The notes under the pieces were generated by a model that was not told where the DNA came from, searched no databases, and saw only the letters and a program-made list of their open reading frames with translations. Below are positions 13,515 to 25,919 of a stretch of DNA of 64,000 nt, one piece after another (position 1 is the first letter of the stretch; each line of letters starts with the position of its first letter). Both the position numbers and the translations under genes were made by a program. The DNA comes from Eledone cirrhosa (lineage: Eukaryota), in the NCBI GenBank assembly GCA_964016885.1, contig OZ024742.1:25172001-25236000 (forward strand). The letters run 5' to 3'.

Positions 13515-15162
13515 AGAGTGAATATAGACGAGATGCAATTTGGGTTTGTTCCAGGGAAAGGCACCACTGATGCGCTCTTCCTTGTGAGGCAATTACAGGA
13601 AAAGTACCTAGCTAAAAGTAAGCCACTCTACTTGGCATTTGTCGACCTTGAGAAAGCCTTTGACAGAGTTCCACGTGCAGTAATCTGGTGGGCTCTTAGA
13701 AAACTAGGAGTAGATGAATGGCTTGTGAAAGCGGTACAAGCCATGTATAGGGGAGCAGTCAGCAAAGTTAGGATTGGCAATGAGTATAGCGAGGAATTTA
13801 GCGTACAGGTTGGGGTCCACCAGGGCTCTGTTCTTAGCCCTCTCCTGTTCATCATAGTCCTGCAGGCAATAACGGAGGAGTTTAAGACCGGATGCCTATG
13901 GGAACTCCTGTATGCTGATGACCTCGCACTCATAGCTGAATCTATGGTAGAACTAGAGAATAAATTCCAAACCTGGAAGCAGGGACTAGAGAGAAAGGGC
14001 CTCAAAGTCAACATGACAAAGACTAAGGTCCTTATAAGTAGACGAGAAAACAGAACCCAGATCCCCTCAGGGAAATGGCCTTGCTCAGTATGTAGGAAAG
14101 GTGTAGGTAGGAACTCCATTCTTTGCCCCAAATGCAAACAATGGGTACACAAGAGATGTAGCGGGATCTCAGGAAGCTTAATTAAGAATGTAGGATTCAC
14201 ATGCAGCAGCTGTGCTGAAACAGCAAGCAAACAGCCACAGGAAACAAGTACCACCAATCTCTGGGAGGGCCCTGTAGAAACAGTAGACAGCTTCTGCTAC
14301 CTAGGTGACCGAATTAGCAACGGAGGTGGGTGCTCAGAAAGTACAATAACTAGGGTAAGAACGGGATGGAAGAAGTTTAGGGAACTACTACCACTGCTAG
14401 CTGCAAAAGGCTTCTCCCTCAGAATGAAAGGCAGACTGTATGATGCGTGTATCCGAACAGCGATGTTGCATGGTAGTGAGACCTGGGCGCTGAAGGTGGA
14501 AGACTTACGTAGATTAGAGAGAAACGAAGCCTGCATGCTCCGATGGATGTGTAACAGTAATATACGTGAACGACAAAGCATAAATGAATTGAGAGAGAGA
14601 CTGAGCATAAGAGGAATCAAATGCTGCGTGCAGGAGAGGCGGTTACGCTGGTATGGACATGTGATGCGTATGAAGGATGACAGCTGCATAAAAAGGTGCA
14701 GAGCACTAGAAGTTGATGGAAACCGCGGAGTGGGGAGACCCAAGATGACTTGGGATGAGGTGATAAAAGCCGACCTTACCCAACTACACCTCTCAAAGTC
14801 AATGACACACGACCGTGACTTCTGGCGTCACGCAGTAATACAGGGTACCCGACCTCCCATGGGTACATGCTGAAGCATATAAACAATATGCCCCCCCCCC
14901 ACCGCAAGGTGGTCGTGGAGGTGCCACGGCAAAAAAGCACCCAGCCCACACTGTAAAGTGGACGTGTAGGCGCCACGAAAAAGCACCCAGCACTCACTGT
15001 AAATGAGGTTGGTGTTAGGAAGGGCATCCAGCTGTAGAAATCAAGCCAGATCAGTTCCTGTATGAGCAAGGCATGGTCAGCCGACCAGACACTGCCCACA
15101 ACAGGACAACCCGTCTAACCCATGCTAGCGTGGAAGAACGGACGTAAAACGGTGATGATGAT
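13515..15162 (+). mobile_element. 5'-truncated RTE-clade LINE with an uninterrupted RT C-terminal ORF
   Basis: ORF 13467-14873: QFGF, FVDLEKAFDRV, GVHQGSVLSPLLF, YADD, Cys-rich insert, YLG, RRLRWYGHVMR; the ORF start upstream of ~13515 is flanking sequence; 3' UTR and (ATG)n tail. Confidence 0.97.
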
Positions 15163-15941
15163 ATATAAAATCACCACCATTTAACGTTCATTTTCGATGG
15201 GTTAGAGGTTGTCCCCTTTGAGGCAAGTCGGGTCATACAGAAATATTTCTGGCTGGATGCACTTCTTAAAGACAACCCACTTTACAGTGTGGGCTGGGTG
15301 CTTTTTTCATGACACCTACATGACCACATTATGGAGTGTTTTTTCTTGTTACACCTACATACCAATTAATCACCCCCTTCCAGGCCAGTATGGTGACACA
15401 GTCATAGGGTTCGTGCCAGCCACTAAGTTGTAGTTTACTGCTAGTCGCAGGTCCTGTGGAAGCTAACCGAAACTCTGTGGTAGTGGCATAGTATAGGCTT
15501 CAATACTACCCCTAAATTATGCTTGGACAATAGAATTGACCATCACCCGCAAAGAGAATATAATCTTAATTCTAGGGCCTAGATATTATGGTTTCACAAT
15601 GGAAATTAAAATTGGTAATAAGGTTTAAAATTAGAAATTAAAAGTTAAAATCTTGATTGAAGCAAAACATAAAAAATATAATAGATCGGAAGATGTGTAA
15701 ATTGTAGTTAGAAATTATGCAAAGGGGATCAATATTGGATATTACAGATATAGTATCCCTATATTGAACGATAGTACTGTACAGAAGAACGGAAAATAAA
15801 TTTAAAGTATAGAACGTGATAATTAAACAGACAATTAGTTAATATCTTCTATCACATGACTGAAAAACAAAAACAAAAAATACATAGATGCAGAATGAGA
15901 GAGGAAAAATATATATCGGAAAAAAATATACGAGACAAACT

Positions 15942-15981
<40 letters not shown>

Positions 15982-16024
15982 TCAATTTGGATTGCCTCGG
16001 GAATGTAACCTTATTATGTAAGAA

Positions 16025-16099
16025 GCTGTCTGATGTGAGCATGGCACTGGGCAGGCGGAATCACGTGGCCACAGTCGTCATTGAAATATGTATTACAGC
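16025..16099 (+). ncRNA. Degenerate type I hammerhead motif
   Basis: Stem I GCUGU/ACAGC; core CUGAUG(UG)A with an apparent 2 nt insertion; long stem II (AUGGC/GUCAU, ACUG/CAGU, GGC/GCC); GAAAU-AUGU-AUU. Confidence 0.6.
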
Positions 16100-16255
16100 C
16101 TTATCAATAAAGGATTTTAACATCTGAAACTACTTAGCAATTTCTTATTCTAAATATATTCCATCATTCCTGTGTGGCTACTGTACGTAGAGAGCTTGAA
16201 TAATTGAATTGCATAAATGATTGCGCGTACGTATATATATATATATATATATATA

Positions 16256-19200
16256 GGGATTAAAATACTGGAGCGTGTTGGAGTTAAACACCCTCTTCGT
16301 ATTATAGAAATGACAGTAAAAGGTATAGCTCAATGTAATTAAACAGAGCCGAAGAATTATGAAAATAAAACAAAGAAGCCTTCAATACATCAAAAGTCTT
16401 TATTAGCCAACAATGTTTCGTCCTATTAAGGACTCATCAGGGCAATCAAAACCACAAGAAGCACTATCGGCCAATACAAGCCGAAAACTCCGAAGAATAT
16501 GGAGTGTACATACACTAAAGTATTGGAAGACTATGGGTAAAAATATATAATAAAAATCACTAAGGAGGTGGATAACATTTTGAACCATATTACAAATATA
16601 GTCCAAAGCAAAAAACTAGAGCTAAACAAAGATGGTTATATAGAGCGGGAATTATAATACTATATGTAATACAATATAATATAATATAATATACTTGTAA
16701 CAATATAAAAATTAAAATTAAAATTAAAAGGCACAATATACATATGTACGCACACGTACGCACGTATACATATACATCAATACACATTTCCATCATTAAC
16801 AGCACAAATTAAACCTTATTAAGAGTTTAAATATAAATAAGCATAATAGGAATAAAAATAAAAATAATACGTATATCAAATATACAGTATAACATGAAGT
16901 AATGAAATGATTAAAAGTAACACATATAATATATAATAAATTATATAATATATAATATAATATAATAGATAATCTCCGGTTAATTTACACAAACAATATA
17001 GATGTCACAATAACACTATAATAATAATATATAATATATAATGGCATGTAAGTTAACAAATCAATTCATATAGAGTTAGAGAGCAGGTGAGAAAAAAATA
17101 TATAAATTGTACAATACCCAGAATTATGATGGTACAAAAATATATAAACATCTTTCATGATATATAAAATTTAACATATCATAATGGTACATAAAATCAT
17201 CGGTAAGTAACAAAGATCAATATTACATTTACAAAGAGTTGAATAACAACTTCAATATAAAATAATGAACATAATATAATATATAATTACTTATAATTAC
17301 AAGGTTGGTAAACAGACATATATGTGAATGAGTGAATAAGGGCCAGACAGTAGTATTAATAAATATGCACAGTAGTATTAATAAATAAATAAATAAATAA
17401 AATCGACCGGAAATCAAAAAACAAAAGTATTTACTTAGGTCTCACATGCAGTTAAGTAAAAACTTAGGAAACAACCCGGATAAATGACTAGAAAACCCTA
17501 TTTGATAAATTAATATTGAAAATATTTAAAATACCTAATAAGGCAATACAATATTAGCTATGGTTTAAGTGATCAAAATCCGTAAACATTAATATTTCAC
17601 TATAAATATATATATAGAAAGGAATGAAATATTCTACTATCATTTACATAACGATATCTAAAAAACTGACTTAAGCAGAATTATGGTAGGCTAATAGGGA
17701 CAGAAAAAAGAAATGTATGGAGGATACAAAGGAGCATAAAATCATAATCAATATACTGTATTATATAATAGAAAGGAGCATAAAAAAGGGGGGGATTAAA
17801 TATAATGATAATATATTTGAAGGGGTTAGCAATAAGTTTATGTGTGCATGGGGGGGGGGGGGGTTATCCAAAGAAGAATCCAAATAAAATAAAATAAAAT
17901 GAAATAAAATAATATAAAATATATAATCAGATATATACTCATAAAGTGTTAATAGTGAAAATTTAATCTGTAAGAAGATAGATATGGTATAGTAGCCAAA
18001 AGATTATGAGAGCTAGAATAAAAAGTTGTCAAAAACCAATGATAATAATGATGATAATAATGGTGGTAAACAAAAAGAACCTAAACTAAAAAAAAAGTAA
18101 TGGAATATATCAGCTAGTGGATACAATTTACACTACTAGAACCTTTAGGTTTATAATAAAAGTAAGAATTAGAAATAGCGTGGGGGCAAGAAGAGAATAT
18201 CTCAGACTTTCTATTAAGTAAGGATTCACTAGAGAAAATTATAGAGTGTGTCTCGAGGATACAGAGATTACAAAATTTAGTATGTGTAGAAAGGTTATTA
18301 GAGCGTGCTACTAAACGCCAATTAAGGCTATATGGTATATTAGTCCCCTTAAGATCCCAAATATAGTGTGCTAAAGAAGTAGAATTCTTAAACTTAACAT
18401 GTTTGAAATTAGAGATATGAGAATTAAACCTGGTCTTAAAAGTGTTAGATGTAGAGCCTATATAAGTTCTATTAGAGGAATTAGTTATAACTACGCAAGC
18501 ATAAACGATGTTCTTAGAGAGGCAGTTAGCACTCACGCTACAGTTACACTTCCGGGTGGTATTGATTGGCTGAAGTAGTGATGCATTACACGTAGGATTA
18601 CTATTAGATAAGGTCTGCTCTGGTGGTAAGGCATTTGTAGATCTGTTCAGACTAGTAGTATGTAGAGAGGAGTATCCATCCCTAATTTTCCTATTGTTAG
18701 TGCTAGCTAAATGAGAACTAATATTAGGGGTGGTAGAGAATGAAAGTTTAATAACATTTTTATTAAAAATACTATGGTATTTATGAGAAGGGGGGAAATT
18801 TTTCTCTAAGATAGAAAAGAAAGACCTAGGGATATTAGTTAATACTTCCTGATTATATGGCGGGTTAAAATAAGTATTTAGTCTCCTTCTATTTTTATCC
18901 TTTCCGACTCTACCATTATCCAATATCCCATTATTAAGACTAAGGTTACTACAAGGATTAGTTAAAACCGCATTATTAGAATCAGCCAAAATTCCATTAA
19001 GTCTCTTTCTGTTTCTACCTCTAGTAGATCTGCTGCCGTCTGGAATCCTATCAAAAGGGTTAGGGCCAATAATAGGATCAGTAGAAACAACATTATTAGA
19101 ATTAGATCTAGCAAAAGCATCACCAATGAGTGAGCGCTCAGAGGGTTCGACTTGATTCCTAGAGGTATTATATTCCCTATTACGAGTCCGGTGGGTTAAC

Positions 19201-19262
19201 TTATGGATGGGTTCAGATACACCTATGTAATTACTACGATTATTATGCTTCCTACTCCTACA
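16256..19262 (-). mobile_element. 5'-truncated Penelope-like element (Naiad-like): GIY-YIG endonuclease, ~1.7 kb 3' UTR, hammerhead-containing terminus; bounded by (TA)n
   Basis: ORF 18114-19265, hammerhead at 16406-16443 on the same strand, (TA)n at both ends. Confidence 0.85.
16406..16443 (-). ncRNA. Minimal type I hammerhead ribozyme
   Basis: GCC CUGAUGA GUCCU-UAAU-AGGAC GAAAC AUU GUU GGC: canonical core, 5 bp stem II, 3 bp stem I. Confidence 0.85.
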
Positions 19263-19265
19263 CAT
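18114..19265 (-). CDS. PLE C-terminal GIY-YIG endonuclease region (RT portion absent)
   Basis: YFNPPYN..TNI..F...FP..HKYH.IFN, CNC..NCL, IVY..YIG, FKTRFNSH..F, LAHYIW.LK, CNLC..E, LLNRKSE..SCPH; the annotated start lies at the microsatellite junction. Confidence 0.85.
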   Translation of the reverse strand: MCRSRKHNNRSNYIGVSEPIHKLTHRTRNREYNTSRNQVEPSERSLIGDAFARSNSNNVVSTDPIIGPNPFDRIPDGSRSTRGRNRKRLNGILADSNNAVLTNPCSNLSLNNGILDNGRVGKDKNRRRLNTYFNPPYNQEVLTNIPRSFFSILEKNFPPSHKYHSIFNKNVIKLSFSTTPNISSHLASTNNRKIRDGYSSLHTTSLNRSTNALPPEQTLSNSNPTCNASLLQPINTTRKCNCSVSANCLSKNIVYACVVITNSSNRTYIGSTSNTFKTRFNSHISNFKHVKFKNSTSLAHYIWDLKGTNIPYSLNWRLVARSNNLSTHTKFCNLCILETHSIIFSSESLLNRKSEIFSSCPHAISNSYFYYKPKGSSSVNCIH

Positions 19266-19399
19266 ATATATATATATATATACATATCATTTGAAAATGA
19301 TATATATATATATACGTACATCATTTATGCAATTCAATTATTCAAGCTCTCTACTTATGTTTCCCACTTATATATATATATAAGTTTATCCTGGATTCA

Positions 19400-19586
19400 A
19401 TGAGGGGTAACCACAGAAAGTAAGGTACTCAATACAAAGCAGAGTATAATTATTTAATATAGAAATGGCTTCTACAGGACTAGAACTGTTTCATTCGGGA
19501 GAAATCTTCATGGGCTTCCTGATGATTTCTCCTGAATGAAACAGTTCTGGTCTTGTAGAAGCTTTTTCTATATTACATAATTATAC
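19400..19586. mobile_element. Short fold-back insert with a hammerhead-like core
   Basis: Arms ~19444-19510 and 19520-19586; CUGAUGA-UUUCUCCUGAAU-GAAAC...GUC at 19519-19552; stem I not intact. Confidence 0.6.
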
Positions 19587-19622
19587 ACACACACACACAC
19601 ACACACGCACACACGCGCGCAC

Positions 19623-19730
<108 letters not shown>

Positions 19731-19731
19731 T

Positions 19732-20512
19732 TATTAAAATAGCAGATTAAAGTTTAAGCAAAGAATCGGTACTTTCACCCTTAACGGGATCTTCTGAAAC
19801 TAACAAAGTGGACTTTGTTAGTTACAGCATTATGTAGCAGTTGATGGTAAGTACTAACCTCCACTTGATATAGATTGCCAGTTGTGTCGGAATGAACGTG
19901 CACGGCATTAGAATCCTTAATAGAACGAATTCTATTCTTCAGATCCTGGAAGGAATTGCTCCTATTCCGAAATTTGATAATATAAGTTCCAATACATCAT
20001 TTTGGAAGGGTTACTCGGAGGGTTATTGTAAGTTTTAAACCCAAATTTATCCTGTTTGTTGTTCGCTTTTTCCTGATTATCGAAATAAAAGGCATGCCAA
20101 TGCAACCTTTTAATGAACGAGTCTGTTTTCTGTATCAGGAGTTTTAGGTATGTCTTCCTGCTTGGTACGGGTATGTTCTTTGTAGAAATATTCAGATGTT
20201 GTTTCTGCATGATGAATATAAGTCAATAGAGTACTCAGTCAAGGGAGCCAAATAGTAATAATAAATTTGAAGACTAACATACAAAGAGGGCTCGATAAGG
20301 ATAAATATATATCAAATATATAAGAACCGTAGAGCAAATATATATTAAAATAACAGATTAAAGTTTAAGCAAAGAATCGCTGCTTTCACCCTTAACGGGA
20401 TTTTCTGAAACTAAAAAAATTAATCTGTGAACGCAGAAGTAAATATTTCAAAAAACGTTGCAACCGAAGGAAGACAGGAAGACGATACTTTGGTTCGTGG
20501 AGACGTTCCATG
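19732..20512 (-). mobile_element. PLE (Naiad-like) 5' fragment: hammerhead, 5' UTR, ORF N-terminus, then a second partial hammerhead copy
   Basis: ORF 19962-20210 STKNIPVPS..YL..LI.KT..FIKRLHWHAF..FGFKT, continuing after a frameshift as FQDLKNRIRSIK..VHSDTTGNLY; direct repeat 19735-19808 vs 20345-20418. Confidence 0.85.
20353..20428 (-). ncRNA. Hammerhead of the U4A family (this copy also carries G8A, probably inactive)
   Basis: Same fold as 46439-46514; core reads CAGAAAA. Confidence 0.55.
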
Positions 20513-20795
20513 GTTTCTTATAGAGGCACAAGGCCAGCAATTTTTGGGGAGAGGAAAGTCGATAAAATCGACTCCGATACATTACTGGTACTTTATTTTA
20601 TCGACCCTGTCAGGATGAAAGGGAAAGTTAACCTCAGCAAGATTTGAACTCAGACCATAAAGGGCCGTAACTATCTGCAGCACTCACTGTAAATGAGGTT
20701 GGTGTTAGGAAGGGCATCCAGCTGTAGAAATCAAGCCAGAATCAGTTTCCGTTCCACCCTTGCAAGCAAATTAAAAATGATGATGATGTTGATGA
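20512..20795. mobile_element. Nin/Deu-type SINE (-) abutting an RTE-type 3' tail fragment (+)
   Basis: TTTATCGACCC..GATTTGAACTC, then GGAAGGGCATCCAGC..CCCTTGCAAGC..(ATG)n. Confidence 0.75.
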
Positions 20796-21218
20796 TATAT
20801 ATATATATATATATATACCTTTAAGTTGTTTGGAATCCTCGACAATGCAAATGGGTAAATCTCCGGGTAACAAGGTCCGGTGGTGGAGAGAGATGTAAGT
20901 GGGTGTACGTTGAGATGCGTGGTGTGTATAAGATGTGTGAGATGTGTAGAATGAAGGGAAGAGTATAAAGGATGAAATAAAAATAACAACACAAGAGAGA
21001 GTTACCTTAGGAGAGATTTAATAGTCCCATATATATATACATATATATATATACATATATATATATATACATACATATATATATATATATATGTATGTAT
21101 ACATATATATACCCTAACCCTTGCAAGCAAGGAAAAGCGGACGTAAAATGATGATGATGTATATATATATACACATATATATATACACACACACATATAT
21201 ACATATACATACACACAT

Positions 21219-21255
<37 letters not shown>

Positions 21256-21581
21256 CATAAAACTCCTATATGGCATTGATTGAGTTTTTGTATAAAGGGG
21301 ACAAACTCGGTTGAAGTGTCCTTCTAATGATGCCAGATCAATAGCTGCTGATTTTCGATCAGCTGCACCTGTTATATCACAATTACAATATTATTATGAT
21401 TTCTCACACATACCTGTGCTTATACAGCACACTCTTACACTGTATACTGTACACTTATGCACACACACATACATCACATATACACACACACCGTCACACT
21501 CTACACATACACTATACACACAATGAACACACATACCACATACACACACTTCACACAACACTGATATATACACACACACAC

Positions 21582-21612
<31 letters not shown>

Positions 21613-21621
21613 CATACATAT

Positions 21622-21897
21622 ATGGGTATAAGAGGGATAAACTGTGGTGTGCAGGAGAGAAGGCTGAGATGTTAAGGACATGTGATGCGCATGGAGGAAG
21701 ACCGATGGGTGAAGAAGTGCCAGGAAGTAGACCACAAAAAACATGGGCGGAGGTGGTGAGAGCAGACCTCAGATTGCTGAAACTCACGGAGGAGATGAGA
21801 AATAACGGGACGGGTGGAGCGATGCTGTGCTGAATAGGACCCGTCCAACCCTTGCAAGCAGGGAAAAGCGGACGTAAAATGATGATAATGATGATGA
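21622..21897 (+). mobile_element. RTE LINE 3' fragment (second family)
   Basis: QERRLR..GHVMRMEED remnant, KTWAEVVRADL; stem-loop CCCTTGCAAGCAGGG and (ATG)n. Confidence 0.85.
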
Positions 21898-21941
21898 TAT
21901 ATATATATATACACACACACACAAACATACATAGATGATGA

Positions 21942-22132
21942 TGGGCTGAAAGGTTCATAGGCTGACTATGGAGTAGTGCTGCTAAAGCTGTGAAATATCG
22001 CATGCATTGATTTCAACTTTTCTTATTAATAACTGCATTGTTTCATTCCAGGGACTGTGTTAAAAATAAAAAAAGTATCTTGGTCAGCCTATAAACATTT
22101 CAGGCTATCAACTTTTCAGTTGACCCTTGTCT
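21942..22132. mobile_element. Mariner-type MITE, degenerate
   Basis: Similar to 56680-56881: TIR-like GGCTGAAAGGTTCATAGGCTGAC / GTCAGCCTAT..TTTCAG and shared internal TTTCAACT..CTTATTAATAA.TGCATTG. Confidence 0.65.
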
Positions 22133-22929
22133 GTATATATGATTACATAAACTTTCAAGGTTATTTTCTCTCCAATATTTTTGGAGTGAATTACATCAAT
22201 CTATTTGTCATGTGCTGAAATCAAAACATTTTCTGGACATATTTTGCTCAGGATTGAACATGTAATCCCCCCTATTCAATTGTCATATTTACCACATACC
22301 CATATGATTGCCACCCTCCCCACCACATCCATTCTTACTAGATAATAGAACATCCCAGACACCTCGTAAAACACCTCCATGTCTGAAAAAATACACAGTC
22401 ACATGACTGTGAACTCCACCACACCCCATTTATAGTTATGCTATTTGATATGCCATTTTTCTACAGTAAACAAGTTCTGACTCAGACAGTCTTATTGGTG
22501 GTCACTTCTCCCTGGGTGGACTTAACTTGACAGCTAGTTTTACATATTTCACTATTCATAACACTTTCCTGGTTTCTGGCCAATCACAGTTCCTAGAAAT
22601 AATAGTCTGACTCTGCTCTGTGGAAATGTCATAAATTCTAATCCTAGGAGACTAGATAGAAGTAAATCTATAGAAGGAGTTCTATGGATTTAACTGATGA
22701 AAGACATTGTAAATGGAACATCGCCATTTTTGTAATGCACTCTGTCCCACCTCCCATCCCTGAAAGAAGTTTGTAAAGGTGTAACCTCCATATTCTAAGC
22801 CTAACACTAATCTAAGAATAAATCACAACCTCATGAACTTATGTGACACAAAGAATGATTAGTAAAACTTAAGAGTTATTTGACCATAGAAACAAACAAG
22901 GTAGTCTAAGTGTTTCTGTGCATTATTAG

Positions 22930-24345
22930 GGTAGTGACTTGGCAGTATCGGTAGATGGTTGGATGCTATGATTTCTAGCATTGTTACATCCCTTTACGGT
23001 TTGAGTTCAAATCCCGTCGAGGTTAACATATTTAAAGTGTGTACAAGGTGCTTTTTTGTTGTGAAACCTGCACAAAAAGCATCCAGTACACACTGTGAAT
23101 ATGGTTTGTGTTAGGAAGGGCAGCCAGTCATAGAAACCAATCCCAAATCAATTGTGTGAGCAAAACACAGTCCTGCAACCTGCATGTTTCACAATGGGAG
23201 TGCACCTCCTACCTATGCTAGCGTGGAAAATGGACTTTAAAGAATGATGATGATATATCAATCAGTACTTCCTATTCATGTGTCTGGCAGTATCAGTAGA
23301 GTCAGACGCCATGCTTTGCAGCATAGAGTTACGGCCCTTTACAGTCTGAGTTCAAATCCTGCTGAGGCGAGGTTAACTTCAGCTTTCATCCTTATGGGGT
23401 CGATAAAATAAAGTACCAGTAATGTACTGGGTAATTGTTGCCTTGTGCCAAAAGTAGAAACAATTATTAGGAGATGATGTAGTTGCAGACATAGCTGAGA
23501 AGGATTTACTAACCTCCTTTTAAGGTTTCAATCTTACCTATTCTATAATATTATACATCCCTCCTATGTAAATATATAAAAATAATGGTTTCTTATTTAG
23601 GCACAAGGCCAGCAATTCTGGGCGATGGGGAGAGTCAATTAAATCGACCCTAGTGTATGACTGGCACTTTGTATTATCGACCCCAGAAGGATGAAAGGCA
23701 AAGCTAGCCATGGCAGGATTTGAACTTAGAACATAAAGGACCATAACTCTATGTCGCGAAACATGTTGCTGGACACTCTATCGGTACTGCCAATTGTTGT
23801 TGGTAGAATTATATTTAGTGGTGGGTATAATGATGTTATGGCCATTGGTGGTACTGAGAATAACATAAAGGGTACATGTGTCTGTGGAACGCTGAGCTAT
23901 TCATGGTCAAGCTGCTTCATCCATCAAACTACCAGAACATTCAATGTTGAAACCAACAGTGGTCCATTTCAAAGTTATGATCAAGTTTTCAGGTAAAACT
24001 ATTATTATTACAAAAGCTGAGTTACAGAAAATATAGCATCAGAATATGACCATATTTGGGCATGGTCAGATACAGATTCATCATCATCATCATTATCATC
24101 ATCACCGTTTAACGTCCATTTTTCCATACTAGCATGGTTTAGATGAGTTGTCCCGTTGTGAGACAGGTTCGACTCAGACAAAACTGTTTCTAGCTTGGTT
24201 TTTATGACTGGATGCCCTTCGTAATGAAAGCATGGAAAGGGTGCTGTTTATCGTGGCACCAAAATGACCAACTGATAGGTTGGACTGGGTCCTTTTTGTT
24301 ATGTCAACAACAAGACCACTTTACTGGGTGTACTGGGTATTGCTT
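22930..24345. mobile_element. Cluster of SINE copies and RTE-tail fragments
   Basis: Nin/Deu-type SINEs at ~22930-23030 (+), 23285-23470 (+) and 23580-23790 (-); RTE 3' tail pieces at ~23050-23255 (+) and 24085-24340 (-). Confidence 0.75.
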
Positions 24346-24789
24346 GTCCTGTCTTTAGTTTAATTCATCTAGACAACATAAAATAACTAACAGTCATATA
24401 CTAAGGTCCACTTTAATAATTCTTTGGCTTACAGGAAGCATTGTATAAATGTAAAGTTCTTCATACCAGGGTCTTTCAAAGAGATAGGGCAATAAAACAG
24501 GTTATTGCTAAACTTCAATGTCATAAATAAAAAGAGATTTGCTTCAGATATGTCATAAATGCTTGGAGTATCTGACCAAAAACTGGTCGTTAATGACAAT
24601 ACCAATATCAACAACATCATGAGCTCCACCATAGATAATATTTAGAAAAAGTTATTGCAAAAACATTTCCTGGTTTATTCCTTGTTGTTGTTCTTTTTCT
24701 TGTTCTTCTTTCGTTTTTGTCATAGAAATGTTGTCCCAAGTCATAAAACTTTGTTGTTGCTGGGAAGTCATTTTTGGTGTCTTGCGATG

Positions 24790-25900
24790 GTTGTAGTGAT
24801 TATGTTATTGCTAGTGATGTTTTTGTTGGTGGTGGTGGTGGTGTTGGTGGAGTTGTTGGTGTTGTTGTTGGTATTATTGGTGGTGTTGGTGGTGTGGTTG
24901 GCAGTGTTTTTGAGGATGTAGTTGATGATGTTATTGGTGTTGATGTTGAAATTGGTGGAAGCAATGGTGCTGATAATGGTGATGTTGATATTGGTAATAG
25001 CAATGGTTGTGAAAATAGTGGTGTTGTTGTTGGTGGTGGTGATGGTATTGTTTTTGTTGGTGTTATTGGTGTTGTTGGTGATGGTGATGATGATGGTGAA
25101 TATGGCAGTGATGGTAATATTAGTGGTGATGTGGTTCTGGTGCTTGTAATACTGAGTGTGATGATGATTGCATTATTGTTGTGATGATGATGATGATGAT
25201 GACTTTATCATTATAATCATCACCATCATCACTATTCTCATTATCATCATCACCATCATTATAACTACATAACTGCCACTATCACTTTCATTCTCATCAT
25301 AATTAGAAACATCAAGCAGTGCCATCATCTCTTTCATGATAGTATTCATGGCAATCACCAATATCATGATGATGATGATGATGGAAATCATCATCTTCAT
25401 CATCATCATCCTCACCATCACCCTCATCATCATCATCATCATCATCACCAACATCATCATCATCATCATTACCATCATCATAACCACCAACCATTCATAA
25501 ATGTTATCAGAGTTGACATATATCTACAGTGATAGGTCTGTCATAAAACATGACAGTTACATTTGTGAAAGTAAATTTGTGGTTCTAGTTATCTTTAAGT
25601 ACTCTCCCTTCTACCAACACCACCATACCACCACACCAACACCACCATACCACCACACCAACACCATCACACCAACACCACAACCACACTAACACCACAA
25701 CCACACTAACACCGTACCACCACCACCACCACCACTACCATACCACCACAGCACCATCACCACCACCACCACCACTACCATACCACCACACCACCACCAC
25801 CACCAACACTACCATACTACCACACCACCACCACCACCACCAACACTATCATCACCAATAACACCAACACTACCAGCAACAACTGATAAAATTACCAACT
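24790..25900. repeat. (GTT/GGT), (GAT/CAT) and (CAC) trinucleotide low-complexity tracts
   Basis: Visible directly. Confidence 0.85.
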
Positions 25901-25919
25901 CCAACACCACAGCACCACA

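Noticed and set aside
13628-14743. Antisense ORFs over the RTE elements
   Set aside because: Shadow frames of the RT coding strand
24429-24632. Signal-peptide-like ORF or possible exon (splice-like sites on both strands)
   Set aside because: No recognisable homology; strand is ambiguous
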